Assembly: GCA_964291675.2 (NCBI GenBank)
Contig: OZ219866.1
Coordinates: 3,592,461 to 3,656,460, forward strand
Length of the DNA: 64,000 nt
From: Alphaproteobacteria bacterium
GTDB lineage: Bacteria; Pseudomonadota; Alphaproteobacteria; MPNO01
Direction of reading: 5' to 3'
In this document: piece by piece, positions 40,601-48,910 of the stretch
Numbering within the stretch: the first letter of the stretch is position 1
How the letters are laid out: each line of letters starts with the position of its first letter
Made by a program: the position numbers and the translations under genes
Notes under the pieces: model-generated
The model's input: only the letters and a program-made list of their open reading frames with translations
Databases searched by the model: none
What the model was told of the DNA's origin: nothing

Positions 40601-41290
40601 TTGAGGGAAGACCACTCGACGACCTTCATCATGGATGCCGTGCAGCGAATCTACCCGCAGGGCTTCCAATGGAGAGAAGTGGGCATCGATATGCGTCCGC
40701 AAATGGTGTTCGCCCTAACTCGCAACCATCGCAATACAGGGGAGATCGCCAGGTTTGCGGCGTCATTAGTACGGGACCTCCCGCTAGAGGAGGATGGTTT
40801 GGTGCCTGACGCAAACGCGTGCGAGCGTTCGGGTCCACTTCCTCGTGTGGTGGTAGGAAGATACGCTGCTCAGGTCAACTACATGCTGAACGAGGTTCAA
40901 GAAGCTATAGAATCCGAGGAAACGATCGCTATCCTCCACCCCAAGGGGTGGTTCGATTACGCAAGGGGGACGCTTGACCGACGCGGCATCGACTACTGTG
41001 AGCTGACACGACAGCGCGAATGGCCGACCGGGCCGGAGCTGGTCGCGTTGTCAACGTTTCATTCCGCAAAAGGTCTCGAATTCGATCATGTGCTTATGCC
41101 TGGCCTAAATCAGGAGGTCACCCCTCATGGTGACGAAGACGGAGACGGCACGCTCGACTCTCTTCGCCGCTTGGTGGCTATGGGTATCGGGCGCGCCAGA
41201 CGCTCCGTCATGGTCGGTTGCAAACCTGGAGAAGAATCGACGTTGATTGAGATGTTTGATCCCGAAACCTACGAACTCGTTCGGGTTTGA
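37691..41290 (+). CDS. Chimeric ORF: secreted Ig-like/SRCR/SwmB-like adhesin (to ~40310) fused in frame to the C-terminal part of a UvrD-like SF1 helicase
   Basis: Signal peptide ...PAHAQ; SRCR LRLVGG...VCDDDW...CTGSE; codon/GC shift at ~40305-40365; then VDEAQD, RNHRN and STFHSAKGLEFD with no Walker A. Confidence 0.8.
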   Translation: MTGGSVSVFRNAFNRGGCRSAVAAASVRFGFGDGPVTGAEAPAEDRAAAPEFSPGGAEARADRRARNAGPESGAGAGRRQRGPRRSAGAFAGRANAGRRSSDDGPARPRATPAGALATARRAGTAALLLACLALPLAALFSTPAHAQTEKTRVTNHSGANATSNGTVGGPSGSQWGQAQQFTTGAGSHTLGSVVAHLRSVGSQAAVKVSIYTSTSGNKPDTSLYVLNNPTTIAATSDNTFTAPNNATLAANTKYFVVFENTAMGSGSSYTYSVRRTTWNSATANTGWSIADTSRSRTSETDNWTSTINDSIKIAVKTSHNAATGQPAISGTAQVGNTLTANKGTIADSDGLPSFPGGFTFQWVRGGTNISGATSREYTLTDDDQGNTLKVRVSFTDNEGFSEGPLESVATSSVAAMPANGCTPDDLRLVGGDNDREGEVEICHNNQWRNVCDDDWEKVDANVACKQLGYTQGARRATILSEFTTLISVQFWLDDVACTGSETKLAECEHAGWGVNNCTHAERAGVVCKANANVAATGQPAISGTAVTGEDLTASTDGISDDNGNTKAEDGDTGFAYTYQWFRVDSDGTSNKTQITGETASTYTLVAADVGKKVIVEVSFTDDESNAEGPLASDAYPAGTGTVESADSTPPEVDSATVDGTSLAITFNEDLAAAANLANDAFEVKRTPPGEAEETVTLTGSPAISGMTVTLTLDAAVIAGDAVTVGYTKPTSGTDNVLEDAAGNEVADFTETVTNDTEVVNNPATGVAIDGPAQVGMTLTADTSGIEDADGLTGATFEYQWFSGGTEIPGETGSTYTVRPADVLKRIKLRVTFKDDAGNDEAPESPAIAPAVPAAADHCDSLTVWCATLTAGADDAILDDAGRLLDADETGYLRATRSGRGRAPAVPRRIRRRLLADVIEPFEEQKAERGESDWNDVAIEAAATHSHGYDVVVVDEAQDLSANQVRTILAHLREDHSTTFIMDAVQRIYPQGFQWREVGIDMRPQMVFALTRNHRNTGEIARFAASLVRDLPLEEDGLVPDANACERSGPLPRVVVGRYAAQVNYMLNEVQEAIESEETIAILHPKGWFDYARGTLDRRGIDYCELTRQREWPTGPELVALSTFHSAKGLEFDHVLMPGLNQEVTPHGDEDGDGTLDSLRRLVAMGIGRARRSVMVGCKPGEESTLIEMFDPETYELVRV

Positions 41291-41295
41291 TCCCC

Positions 41296-41988
41296 ATGTC
41301 GAGGGACAACTTCATTCCGGCTCGTCCAAGAAGATCGGACGAAATCGAACTTCTGCCGACATGTCCGGAAGTCCTCGCGGCGGCGGAAGAGCGGGAAGTG
41401 CGGAACGTGATGCATTTCACAACGATGACCGGCGCGGTCGGGGTTTTGGCCGCTGGCGCCGTCAAGAGTCGAGAGCGGCTACCCGAAGACAAGTATCTTG
41501 AATACGTCTATCAACCGAACGCAGCATACCGCAAGGACACTGCCTGGCTGGACTATGTGAATCTCTCCGTGGAGCGCATCAACGCCTGGATGTTCGATGC
41601 ATCTCAGCGTTGGCATGCGGCCGAGGGAAATCCTTGGGTTTTGCTGTCGTTTTGCCCGGAGATATTGGCGCATCCGGGGGTGGTGTTTACGACGACAAAC
41701 AACATTTATCCAGCGTGTACTCGCGCCGAAGGCTTACCGGGATTCGAGCGGATGTTCGCAGAGACGGTTGTTGGTCGTTACAACAGCGTTCATGGCCGTG
41801 ATGGAAAGCATTCCGCATGGCCCACCGACCGACAGGCGGAAGTTCTGTATCCAGGCGAGCTGTCGTGCGAGTATCTGCAACGGATTGATGCCCAAACAGA
41901 AGATGCTGCTGACGGGATTCATGGCATGTTGAGTGGTCTCCAATTGGATGAGATTACCGTTCGTCATGCACCGGAGGCGTTCGAATGA
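41296..41988 (+). CDS. darT: DarT-family (DUF4433) DNA ADP-ribosyltransferase, DarT1-like
   Basis: MHFTT, DYVNLS and PTDRQAEVL (catalytic Glu); alternative TTG start at 41287 overlaps the helicase stop. Confidence 0.8.
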   Translation: MSRDNFIPARPRRSDEIELLPTCPEVLAAAEEREVRNVMHFTTMTGAVGVLAAGAVKSRERLPEDKYLEYVYQPNAAYRKDTAWLDYVNLSVERINAWMFDASQRWHAAEGNPWVLLSFCPEILAHPGVVFTTTNNIYPACTRAEGLPGFERMFAETVVGRYNSVHGRDGKHSAWPTDRQAEVLYPGELSCEYLQRIDAQTEDAADGIHGMLSGLQLDEITVRHAPEAFE

Positions 41989-43721
41989 CTGTTTCGGAAT
42001 CGCTTCGTGGGGCTCCGCCACCGGATACCGGGGAGGTTCCACAGCCTAGCAATGTGGCTTCAACTCAGTTTGCAGCGCGTGCCGCGATGACCCACCGTTC
42101 CGCTCTGTGGGCGGCTTACGGGGACGCATTGGGCTGGATCAGTGAACTGACCGATTCGAGAGGACTGAAGCGAAGGACGGGAGGTGAGCCGCTTTGCCGT
42201 CCCATCGCATGGAATAGGAGGATCGGTGGGCGGGGGGGAATCACCGTAACGTTGCCGGTGGGTTGCTACTCAGATGATTCCCAGTTGCGTCTCGCCACCG
42301 GCCGGGCGATTGGGCCTAGTGGTTTCGATGTTGAAGCGTTCGCAAAGGTCGAACTCCCAGTCTGGCTAAGCTATGGGCTCGGGGGAGGCAAATCTACGAG
42401 CGCTGCTGCGGGGAACCTGTCTAGACAGACAGTCCCTTGGTTCGCCAACACGTTCAAGGGATGGAGTAACTCCGGCGGAAACGGCGCGGCGATGCGCATC
42501 CAACCCCACGTCTGGGCGAGCTCGGATTTGGACGACGCTCGCACGTACCTGCCCGACGTTGTGCGCAACTCGATCTGTAGCCATTCCCATCCCATCGGAT
42601 TGCTCGGGTCGGTGGTTCATGCACTGACGCTCGCACAAACCATGTCCACCGGCCATCAACCATCGGTCAGTGACGTAATGGAGGCTGTCAAGAAAGCGGC
42701 TGAACTCCCCGAGTTGATGAGGAGCGATACCGAGGTAGGAAGCTATTGGCGCGGAGCTTTTGAACGGGAGTCAGGAAGTTTCGATGACGCATGGAGGCGT
42801 GCAATCGAAGAATGCAGGGAAGCGGTGTCAGTTGCTGGAGCAAGCCCTTCGAATGCGAATGGAGCTGAACGCTATGGCGCTTTGATCCAGGGCCTTAGAC
42901 TTCGCGAGCCAGCGCGGAGAGGCAGCGGAATGCTGACTGCAGTCGCGGCGGTCGGTTTGTTGTGGTGCGAAGCTGAACCGGAAAAGGCCATGCGTATCGC
43001 AGCAAACGAACTAGGGACAGATACTGATACGATTGCGTCGATGGCCGGCGCGATCGCCGGTGCGGTCGCTGAAGCCGAGCCGCAAGTGCAGGTGCTGGAT
43101 GCGGAGCTATTCCGTTCTGAGGCTAATCGGTTGGTAAGGGTTGCCTTTGGCGAACGTCCGGTTGGCCATCGTTATCCCGATCTGCTGCGCTGGTCGGCGC
43201 CGTCCAGACGCGCCGATACTTTGGTGCGCACGAAAGACGAGGGTCTCTACGTTCGGGGTCTAGGCCTCGCTAAAACTGCGAGCGATCCGATAACGTCGCC
43301 GAGTGGCGATTTCCAATGGCAGTGGTTGACGCTTGAATCTGGTCAGACCTTGCTAATCAAGCGCAGGGCTGACCTGATGCTCATCGAAGATGAAATTGAG
43401 ACATCGCCGGCGCAACGGTCTCTGCATCCGATGCCGCCCAGGGTCGATGCCGGCCAGGAGCCATCTGCGGTGGAGCGTCGAGCAACCGATTCGGATTGTC
43501 CGGTGGAAGCGCCTCCCGAGGAAGCAAGGGATGCTACCTCAAGAACTGAGTCGTCCTTGGATCTGCAGGTCGCGCTCCACTATATCGAGGAGCACAAGGA
43601 TGATGACAGAGCTGTCGGGGCCGCCTTGCGGCGCGTCGTCAACAAGGGGACTCCAGGCCAAATTGCAGCATTCACCTCCGCCTTGATCGATCATCTGGGA
43701 AAGACTGAGAGGAGGAGGTGA
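41985..43721 (+). CDS. ADP-ribosylglycohydrolase (ARH/DraG family) with C-terminal extension
   Basis: AYGDALG, YSDDSQL, GNGAAMR, SHSHP and GTDTDTIASMAGAIAGA; ATGA overlap with darT. Confidence 0.88.
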   Translation: MTVSESLRGAPPPDTGEVPQPSNVASTQFAARAAMTHRSALWAAYGDALGWISELTDSRGLKRRTGGEPLCRPIAWNRRIGGRGGITVTLPVGCYSDDSQLRLATGRAIGPSGFDVEAFAKVELPVWLSYGLGGGKSTSAAAGNLSRQTVPWFANTFKGWSNSGGNGAAMRIQPHVWASSDLDDARTYLPDVVRNSICSHSHPIGLLGSVVHALTLAQTMSTGHQPSVSDVMEAVKKAAELPELMRSDTEVGSYWRGAFERESGSFDDAWRRAIEECREAVSVAGASPSNANGAERYGALIQGLRLREPARRGSGMLTAVAAVGLLWCEAEPEKAMRIAANELGTDTDTIASMAGAIAGAVAEAEPQVQVLDAELFRSEANRLVRVAFGERPVGHRYPDLLRWSAPSRRADTLVRTKDEGLYVRGLGLAKTASDPITSPSGDFQWQWLTLESGQTLLIKRRADLMLIEDEIETSPAQRSLHPMPPRVDAGQEPSAVERRATDSDCPVEAPPEEARDATSRTESSLDLQVALHYIEEHKDDDRAVGAALRRVVNKGTPGQIAAFTSALIDHLGKTERRR

Positions 43722-44035
43722 TGCGGCGGCCGAAGCATCGAGTATGGGCTAGTGGTTATAGCGCCCGAGCGGGGATCTTTGCTGGTCGCGGGTCCTCGGG
43801 CGACTGCGCGAACGCATCGGTGAGTGCGTCCGCGCCGCGGGACTGCTCTTGCTCGCAGAGAGTCCCTGGCTTTCTTGGTTTCCCTTCGCGTTCTTGACTT
43901 GCCCTACCCGCACCCGAAGTCGCACCGTTACCGTTCGGCTGGGGCGCTTGCGCAGGTGCGGCTGTTCGCGGAGATCGTGCGCGATATCGCGCCCTTCAAC
44001 AAGAAAACATTCATACTTACTATTGACCTTCGAAC

Positions 44036-45355
44036 ATGACCGTCAAAGGCGACGACACAAATACAATGACAAAACAGAAACAAGACTTTTTGGCTGAACA
44101 ACAAGAACGATATGAATGGTTGCGTCGTGTCACTGACGAAGCAATTGCTGCGCGCACGAAGGAGGTAGAATTCCACGGCCTAGAGGAAGAGTTGCGGAAT
44201 TTACAGAAAGCAATTCTGGATAGTTACAATCACACAAAACCAATAAAACATCCTCGCGACAAAGGCGATCATCGCGAAGAGATATTGAGACATTTTCTCA
44301 CCAAACACGGCCTCCTGCCCAACAGTGTCAGTATACCATCTGTCAGCACACGAGTAGTTTCCCCATCAGGCCACATCAGTCCGGAGCTTGATATTCTTTT
44401 TGTCAACGCGAACGATTCAATAGTTCTTAAGAGATATGAAAACACGCTTGAATACTATCCCGTAGAATCTGTGCTTGGTACGATACAAGTGAAGTCGAAA
44501 CTAACGAAAAAGGAGTTGGCATCTGGGCTAAAGCATATACAGGCTTTCAAGAACATAAGACCAATCCGCTCGCTAAGGCGTCAAATGGGCGGCTTCACAA
44601 TGGAGGCAGGTCTCTACCGGAGGTTTGGCATTCTATTCGCATACGAGCGTGCCTTACGGTGGGAGAAAATGGTTGAGGTCATTCGTGAGCATTTAGCTGA
44701 GTGCCCAAACAGCCTTTGGCCAAACATGATAGTGATTCTGGACGCGGGTTATTTTCTTATTGGTGACAAGTCGCGTTATGCGTGGAATCAGAGAACTCTT
44801 GAGGACATATCAAATCCAGAAATTCATGGTTCTCCGGACTATTCTGGGCACTGTCTACAGCAATTCTATTCTTATCTGATTGCTCTCGTGAAGGAAGCAA
44901 ATAGTGGTTGGCCGGATACGAACGATTACTTGCGTATGCCGATTGCTGTGGGGGAACACTCTCTCGAATTTGCGCATGGCGGGTTTTCTGAATTCGCCAA
45001 ATGTCCTCAACATGGAAACTACTTGAAAAAGATTAAGGTGGAGAATATCAAGATAATACTAGATAAGACCAAAAATAGTGAACCAATTAATTGGATTAAG
45101 GCGTTGGACCTGGCAGCGGGCAAACCCGGCACGGACTCTGAACGTTATGCGAAACAACCTGGCGACGTTATTGTGTATGATCCGGATAGTCTTGGTCTAG
45201 AGAATGTATTGTTGAGCGCGGAGGGGTTCATTACGCACGAACAGGTTATCATTGACGGCCGTCAATACTGGCTTCCTTGGCACTACGTTGTTGCTCACGA
45301 GCTTATTGATCCGTGTCCGCAGTGCCGAGATGGTGCGAAAGATGCGAAGTCATAG
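44036..45355 (+). CDS. NucC-like (DUF6602) endonuclease domain protein with C-terminal extension
   Basis: HPRDKGDHRE...SPELDILF...YPVESVLGTIQVKSKL; low GC; CPQH and CPQC pairs; start may be 44066. Confidence 0.7.
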   Translation: MTVKGDDTNTMTKQKQDFLAEQQERYEWLRRVTDEAIAARTKEVEFHGLEEELRNLQKAILDSYNHTKPIKHPRDKGDHREEILRHFLTKHGLLPNSVSIPSVSTRVVSPSGHISPELDILFVNANDSIVLKRYENTLEYYPVESVLGTIQVKSKLTKKELASGLKHIQAFKNIRPIRSLRRQMGGFTMEAGLYRRFGILFAYERALRWEKMVEVIREHLAECPNSLWPNMIVILDAGYFLIGDKSRYAWNQRTLEDISNPEIHGSPDYSGHCLQQFYSYLIALVKEANSGWPDTNDYLRMPIAVGEHSLEFAHGGFSEFAKCPQHGNYLKKIKVENIKIILDKTKNSEPINWIKALDLAAGKPGTDSERYAKQPGDVIVYDPDSLGLENVLLSAEGFITHEQVIIDGRQYWLPWHYVVAHELIDPCPQCRDGAKDAKS

Positions 45356-45532
45356 CATGTGGATCCCCGGTTACGGCATGTCCAAAAGTCAGTTCTGTTG
45401 CCGCTGTAGCCCTGCGTAAAGGTAATGGGGTTGCGAGGGAACAGCTAGACGAGGAAATGGGGGCTTTTTTCACAAGGTACAGGGTCTCGCACAGGCATAT
45501 GGATGGGATTTGCCGCAAGAGAGTGGTTTAGA

Positions 45533-46735
45533 TCACATGGCGGCGGCAACCTCTGGCGGCGTGTCCATGTCGGCTTCGAGACTGTCGGAAATCCGAACGG
45601 CAGCGACCTTGACCGAGTGCTGGCCAAGGTGTGCATAGCGCGCGGTCGTCTGCACCTTAGTGTGACCGAGCAGCTTCCCGATCATCGGGAGACCCTCCCC
45701 GAGGGCGAGCAATCGCGAGGCGAAGCTGTGACGCAAATCATGCAGGCGGACGTCTTCGAGCCCCGCCTCCCTGCGGACGAGCTGCCACGACGCGTTCAGC
45801 GTCCGCAGGCGGGAGCCGCGCACGCGGCCGGGAAACACCCACGGGTTGTCGGGCCGGCGCGGCAGCGCGATCAGGACCTGCTTCGCCGCGGGCGAGAGCG
45901 GCACGGCCCGCGCCCCGGTCTTCGCATCCCGGAGCCGCAACTCGTCGTGTTCGAGGTCGACATGCTCCCATTTCAGGGTCACGATCTCGTTGCGTCGGCA
46001 GCCGGTCAGCATCAGCAGGCGCAGCGCCCCGGCGGCGCTCGTTGAGACCGTGCCCGCGGCTTCGAGCTCGGCGAGCACGCGGCCCAACCGGTCGAACTCC
46101 TGCTCCGACAGGAAGCGCTCGCGCCCGCGCGTGGGGTATTTCTGGATGAACCGGCAGGGATTGCCGCCGGCCGGCGCCGCGCCCGACTTGGCGGCGGTGT
46201 AGAACAGTCGGGAAAGCAGCGAGACCGCCTGGTTCGCCATGGTCGGCGTCGCGCGCATCCGGTAGTGTAGCGCCGCAATATGGTCGGGCGTGACCTCGCT
46301 CAGGCGCAGGGCCCCGAACTTCGGCAGCAGGAACCTGTCCAGGATGTAGCGGCATCCCCGCTGCGTCGTCGGCTTGCAGCGCACGGCGACATGTTCGGTC
46401 ATGTAGCGCTCGGCCATCTCGGCGATCGTCGGCCCGTTGGCCGAGGGGGAATCGGCGCCCGGGCGGCTCGGCGTCTCGCCCGCCTTCAGGCTGGCAAGCA
46501 GCCGTCCCGCCTCGCGCCGCGCCCGCTCGGGCGTCCACACTCCGTGGCGGCCGATGGTGACGCGGCGTGTTTTCCCCCGGGCGCGGGTCTGCACCATGTA
46601 GACCTTCGAGCCCGAGGGATGGACGCGCACCCCGAAGCCGGTGAGGTCGCGGTCCCAGAACAGGGCTTCGCGCTCGGCGACCGGCAGGGCGTCCACCGCG
46701 CGCCGGGAAAGGACGAGCTTGTTCGGGCTTGGCAT
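45533..46735 (-). CDS. Tyrosine integrase with arm-binding (DUF4102-type) domain
   Basis: WDRDLTGFGVRV; TGCRRNE, DAKTG, HDLRH, LLGH and TARY. Confidence 0.92.
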   Translation of the reverse strand: MPSPNKLVLSRRAVDALPVAEREALFWDRDLTGFGVRVHPSGSKVYMVQTRARGKTRRVTIGRHGVWTPERARREAGRLLASLKAGETPSRPGADSPSANGPTIAEMAERYMTEHVAVRCKPTTQRGCRYILDRFLLPKFGALRLSEVTPDHIAALHYRMRATPTMANQAVSLLSRLFYTAAKSGAAPAGGNPCRFIQKYPTRGRERFLSEQEFDRLGRVLAELEAAGTVSTSAAGALRLLMLTGCRRNEIVTLKWEHVDLEHDELRLRDAKTGARAVPLSPAAKQVLIALPRRPDNPWVFPGRVRGSRLRTLNASWQLVRREAGLEDVRLHDLRHSFASRLLALGEGLPMIGKLLGHTKVQTTARYAHLGQHSVKVAAVRISDSLEADMDTPPEVAAAM

Positions 46736-46755
46736 GGCGGTCTCCCGTGAGAAGT

Positions 46756-47436
46756 TCATTTGACGCCGACGTGCTGGGAGCCGTCCGGCGGCACGAGCCT
46801 GGGGCCGAGGTCGTCGCCGATGTTGGCCGTGGCATGGCGCACCGAGTCGCGGGCGAGATGCGCGTACCGCGCGGTCGTGGTCACCATGCGATGACCGAGC
46901 AGGTCGCCAATCATCGGCAGCCCCTCGCCGAGCGCGAGCGCCCGGGAGGCGAACGTATGTCGCAAGTCATGCAGGCGGACGTCTTCGAGCCCGGCCTCCT
47001 TGCGCACGCGGTCCCACGAGTCGTTGAGGTTGACCAGCCGGGTGCCCTTCTTCTTGCCCGGGAACACCCACGGATTGCCGGGCGTGCGGGCGAGGCCATC
47101 GAACACTCTCGCGGCGGCGGGGGTGAGCGGGACCATGCGGGTACCAGTCTTCGTGTCGGGGAGCCGCATTTCGCCGGTGTGGAAGTTGAGGTCGTCCCAC
47201 CGAAGCCCGAGGATTTCGTTACGGCGGCACCCGGTCAGCACCAGGAGCCGGATGGCCGCCGCCGCGTGGGTGGAGGCGAGCCGCTTTCCCGGGGCCGCCC
47301 GCAGCGTCTCGCCGAGCCGGAAGAGCTCCTCGCGGGTCAGGAACCGCTCGTGCTTCTCGACCCGGAAGCGGGGCACGCTCCGGGCCGGGTTGCTGCCGGA
47401 GGGCCGCCAGCCCCAAGCGTCCGCCAGGTTGAACAT
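46756..47436 (-). pseudogene. 5'-truncated tyrosine integrase (catalytic half only), paralogue of the adjacent integrase
   Basis: TGCRRNE, DTKTG, HDLRH and TARY present; frame closed just upstream, so no arm-binding domain. Confidence 0.8.
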
Positions 47437-47590
47437 CTTCGTAAGACCTATTATCGGGGCATGGCCGCAAGTGCCTGCGCTTGTCTATGCGTTACTTTTC
47501 TTGCGTGTTTAGAATGCTCTAGGGAGATCAGGCCTTGCCTGCCCGTATCTGCGCAGGGCTTCCAGTGATCGCCGGGTGTTGGCGAATGTG

Positions 47591-47620
47591 TTGACATATG
47601 GGTGGCCATTCCGCCACAAT
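47591..47620 (+). promoter_or_regulatory. Sigma70-like promoter TTGACA-N18-CACAAT, probably leaderless
   Basis: Perfect -35; the -10 ends 6 nt before ATG 47627; no RBS. Confidence 0.55.
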
Positions 47621-47626
47621 CCCCCC

Positions 47627-48910
47627 ATGACCGGAAAACGCGTCGCTCGCCACAAGCTCACCCTCACCAAGCGCGCCGTCGAGGCCATGAAGCCCGCCGA
47701 CAGGCCCTGGATCGCATGGGACGTCAAGGTCACCGGATTCGGCGTCCAGGTCCAGCCCACCGGCACCAAGTCCTTCCTGGTCAACTACCGCACCGACGGC
47801 GGCGGCAGGAAGGCCCCCAACAAGCGCGTCGTCATCGGCAGGTTCGACAGGATGTCGGTCGATGACGCACGCAAGATGGCCTACCAGATGCTGGGCAGGG
47901 CCGCGGGCGGGGACGATCCTGCGGTCGAGCGCGCCGTGGCGCGCGGCATGCCCCTGCTTGAGGAGGCCTTCGAGGACTACATGGCGGTCAATCCCAAGCG
48001 GGCCGCCAGCTCCAACCGGATGTACCGCGCCGAGTTCGACAACATGCTGGGCGACTGGCGCAGGCGCCCGCTCGACAGCATCACCCGGCGCGACGTGGAG
48101 GAGCGGTTCAACCGGCTCAGCCGGGATCACGGCTGGGCGCCTGCCAACCGGGCGATCGCGCAGTTGCGCTCGGTCTACCGCCGTCCCTGCGTCGATCTGG
48201 AGGGCTTGCGCAACCCGGTCGATCTCTGGCTCGCCGGCGGGGGCGAGTACCACACGCCCAGGCGGCGCAAGATCTCCACCCCGGCGGACGTGCTGCCGCG
48301 CTGGCGGGCCGGGATCGAGGCGGTGGTGGTCACGCCCGGGGCGCGGGACGCCTTCCACTTCGGGCTCTACACCGGCATGCGCATTCAGGAGGTGCTGCCG
48401 CTGCGCTGGGAGCGCGTGGACATGGCGGGCCTCTTCTTCCGGGTCGAGGAAACCAAGACGGGGGAGCCTCTGGAGCTGCCCGTCACCCGCCAGCTCGCCG
48501 CCATCCTGGAGCGCCGCCGCTCGGAGTGCGACGGCCTGGAAGGCGGTCTCCGGGACTGGATCTTCCCTTCCGCCCTGAGCGGCTCGGGGCATATCGCCAG
48601 TCTGAGCCATCTCTACGCGCGGATCGGCAAGGCCGCCGGCACGAAGTTCTGGTATCACGGCCTGCGCAACTGCTTCATCACCGTGGCCGAGCGCGACCTG
48701 CTGCTGCCCAGGGCCCTGACCAAGCGTCTGGTCAACCACGCCCGGCCGGCGGACGTCACCGAGGGCTACGCCGCCGACTGGACCATCGAGCAGCTTCGCG
48801 GCCCGGCGCAACTCATCGCCGACAGGATCGAGCTGCTGATGAACGGGGGCGAGGTCTCGCCGGCTGACAGTGGTGACGACCGAGCGGCGCACGCGGCGGC
48901 AGCGAAATGA
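47627..48910 (+). CDS. Tyrosine integrase with arm-binding domain (copy 1)
   Basis: WDVKVTGFGVQV; TGMR, ETKTG, HGLR, LVNH and TEGY. Confidence 0.92.
   Translation: MTGKRVARHKLTLTKRAVEAMKPADRPWIAWDVKVTGFGVQVQPTGTKSFLVNYRTDGGGRKAPNKRVVIGRFDRMSVDDARKMAYQMLGRAAGGDDPAVERAVARGMPLLEEAFEDYMAVNPKRAASSNRMYRAEFDNMLGDWRRRPLDSITRRDVEERFNRLSRDHGWAPANRAIAQLRSVYRRPCVDLEGLRNPVDLWLAGGGEYHTPRRRKISTPADVLPRWRAGIEAVVVTPGARDAFHFGLYTGMRIQEVLPLRWERVDMAGLFFRVEETKTGEPLELPVTRQLAAILERRRSECDGLEGGLRDWIFPSALSGSGHIASLSHLYARIGKAAGTKFWYHGLRNCFITVAERDLLLPRALTKRLVNHARPADVTEGYAADWTIEQLRGPAQLIADRIELLMNGGEVSPADSGDDRAAHAAAAK

Noticed and set aside
37691-41290. A genuine secreted adhesin-helicase protein
   Set aside because: Composition break, missing Walker A and incompatible localisation indicate a chimera
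43740-43810. tRNA-like fragment (GCTAGTGGTTATAGCGCCC)
   Set aside because: No T-loop GTTC motif or acceptor-stem pairing
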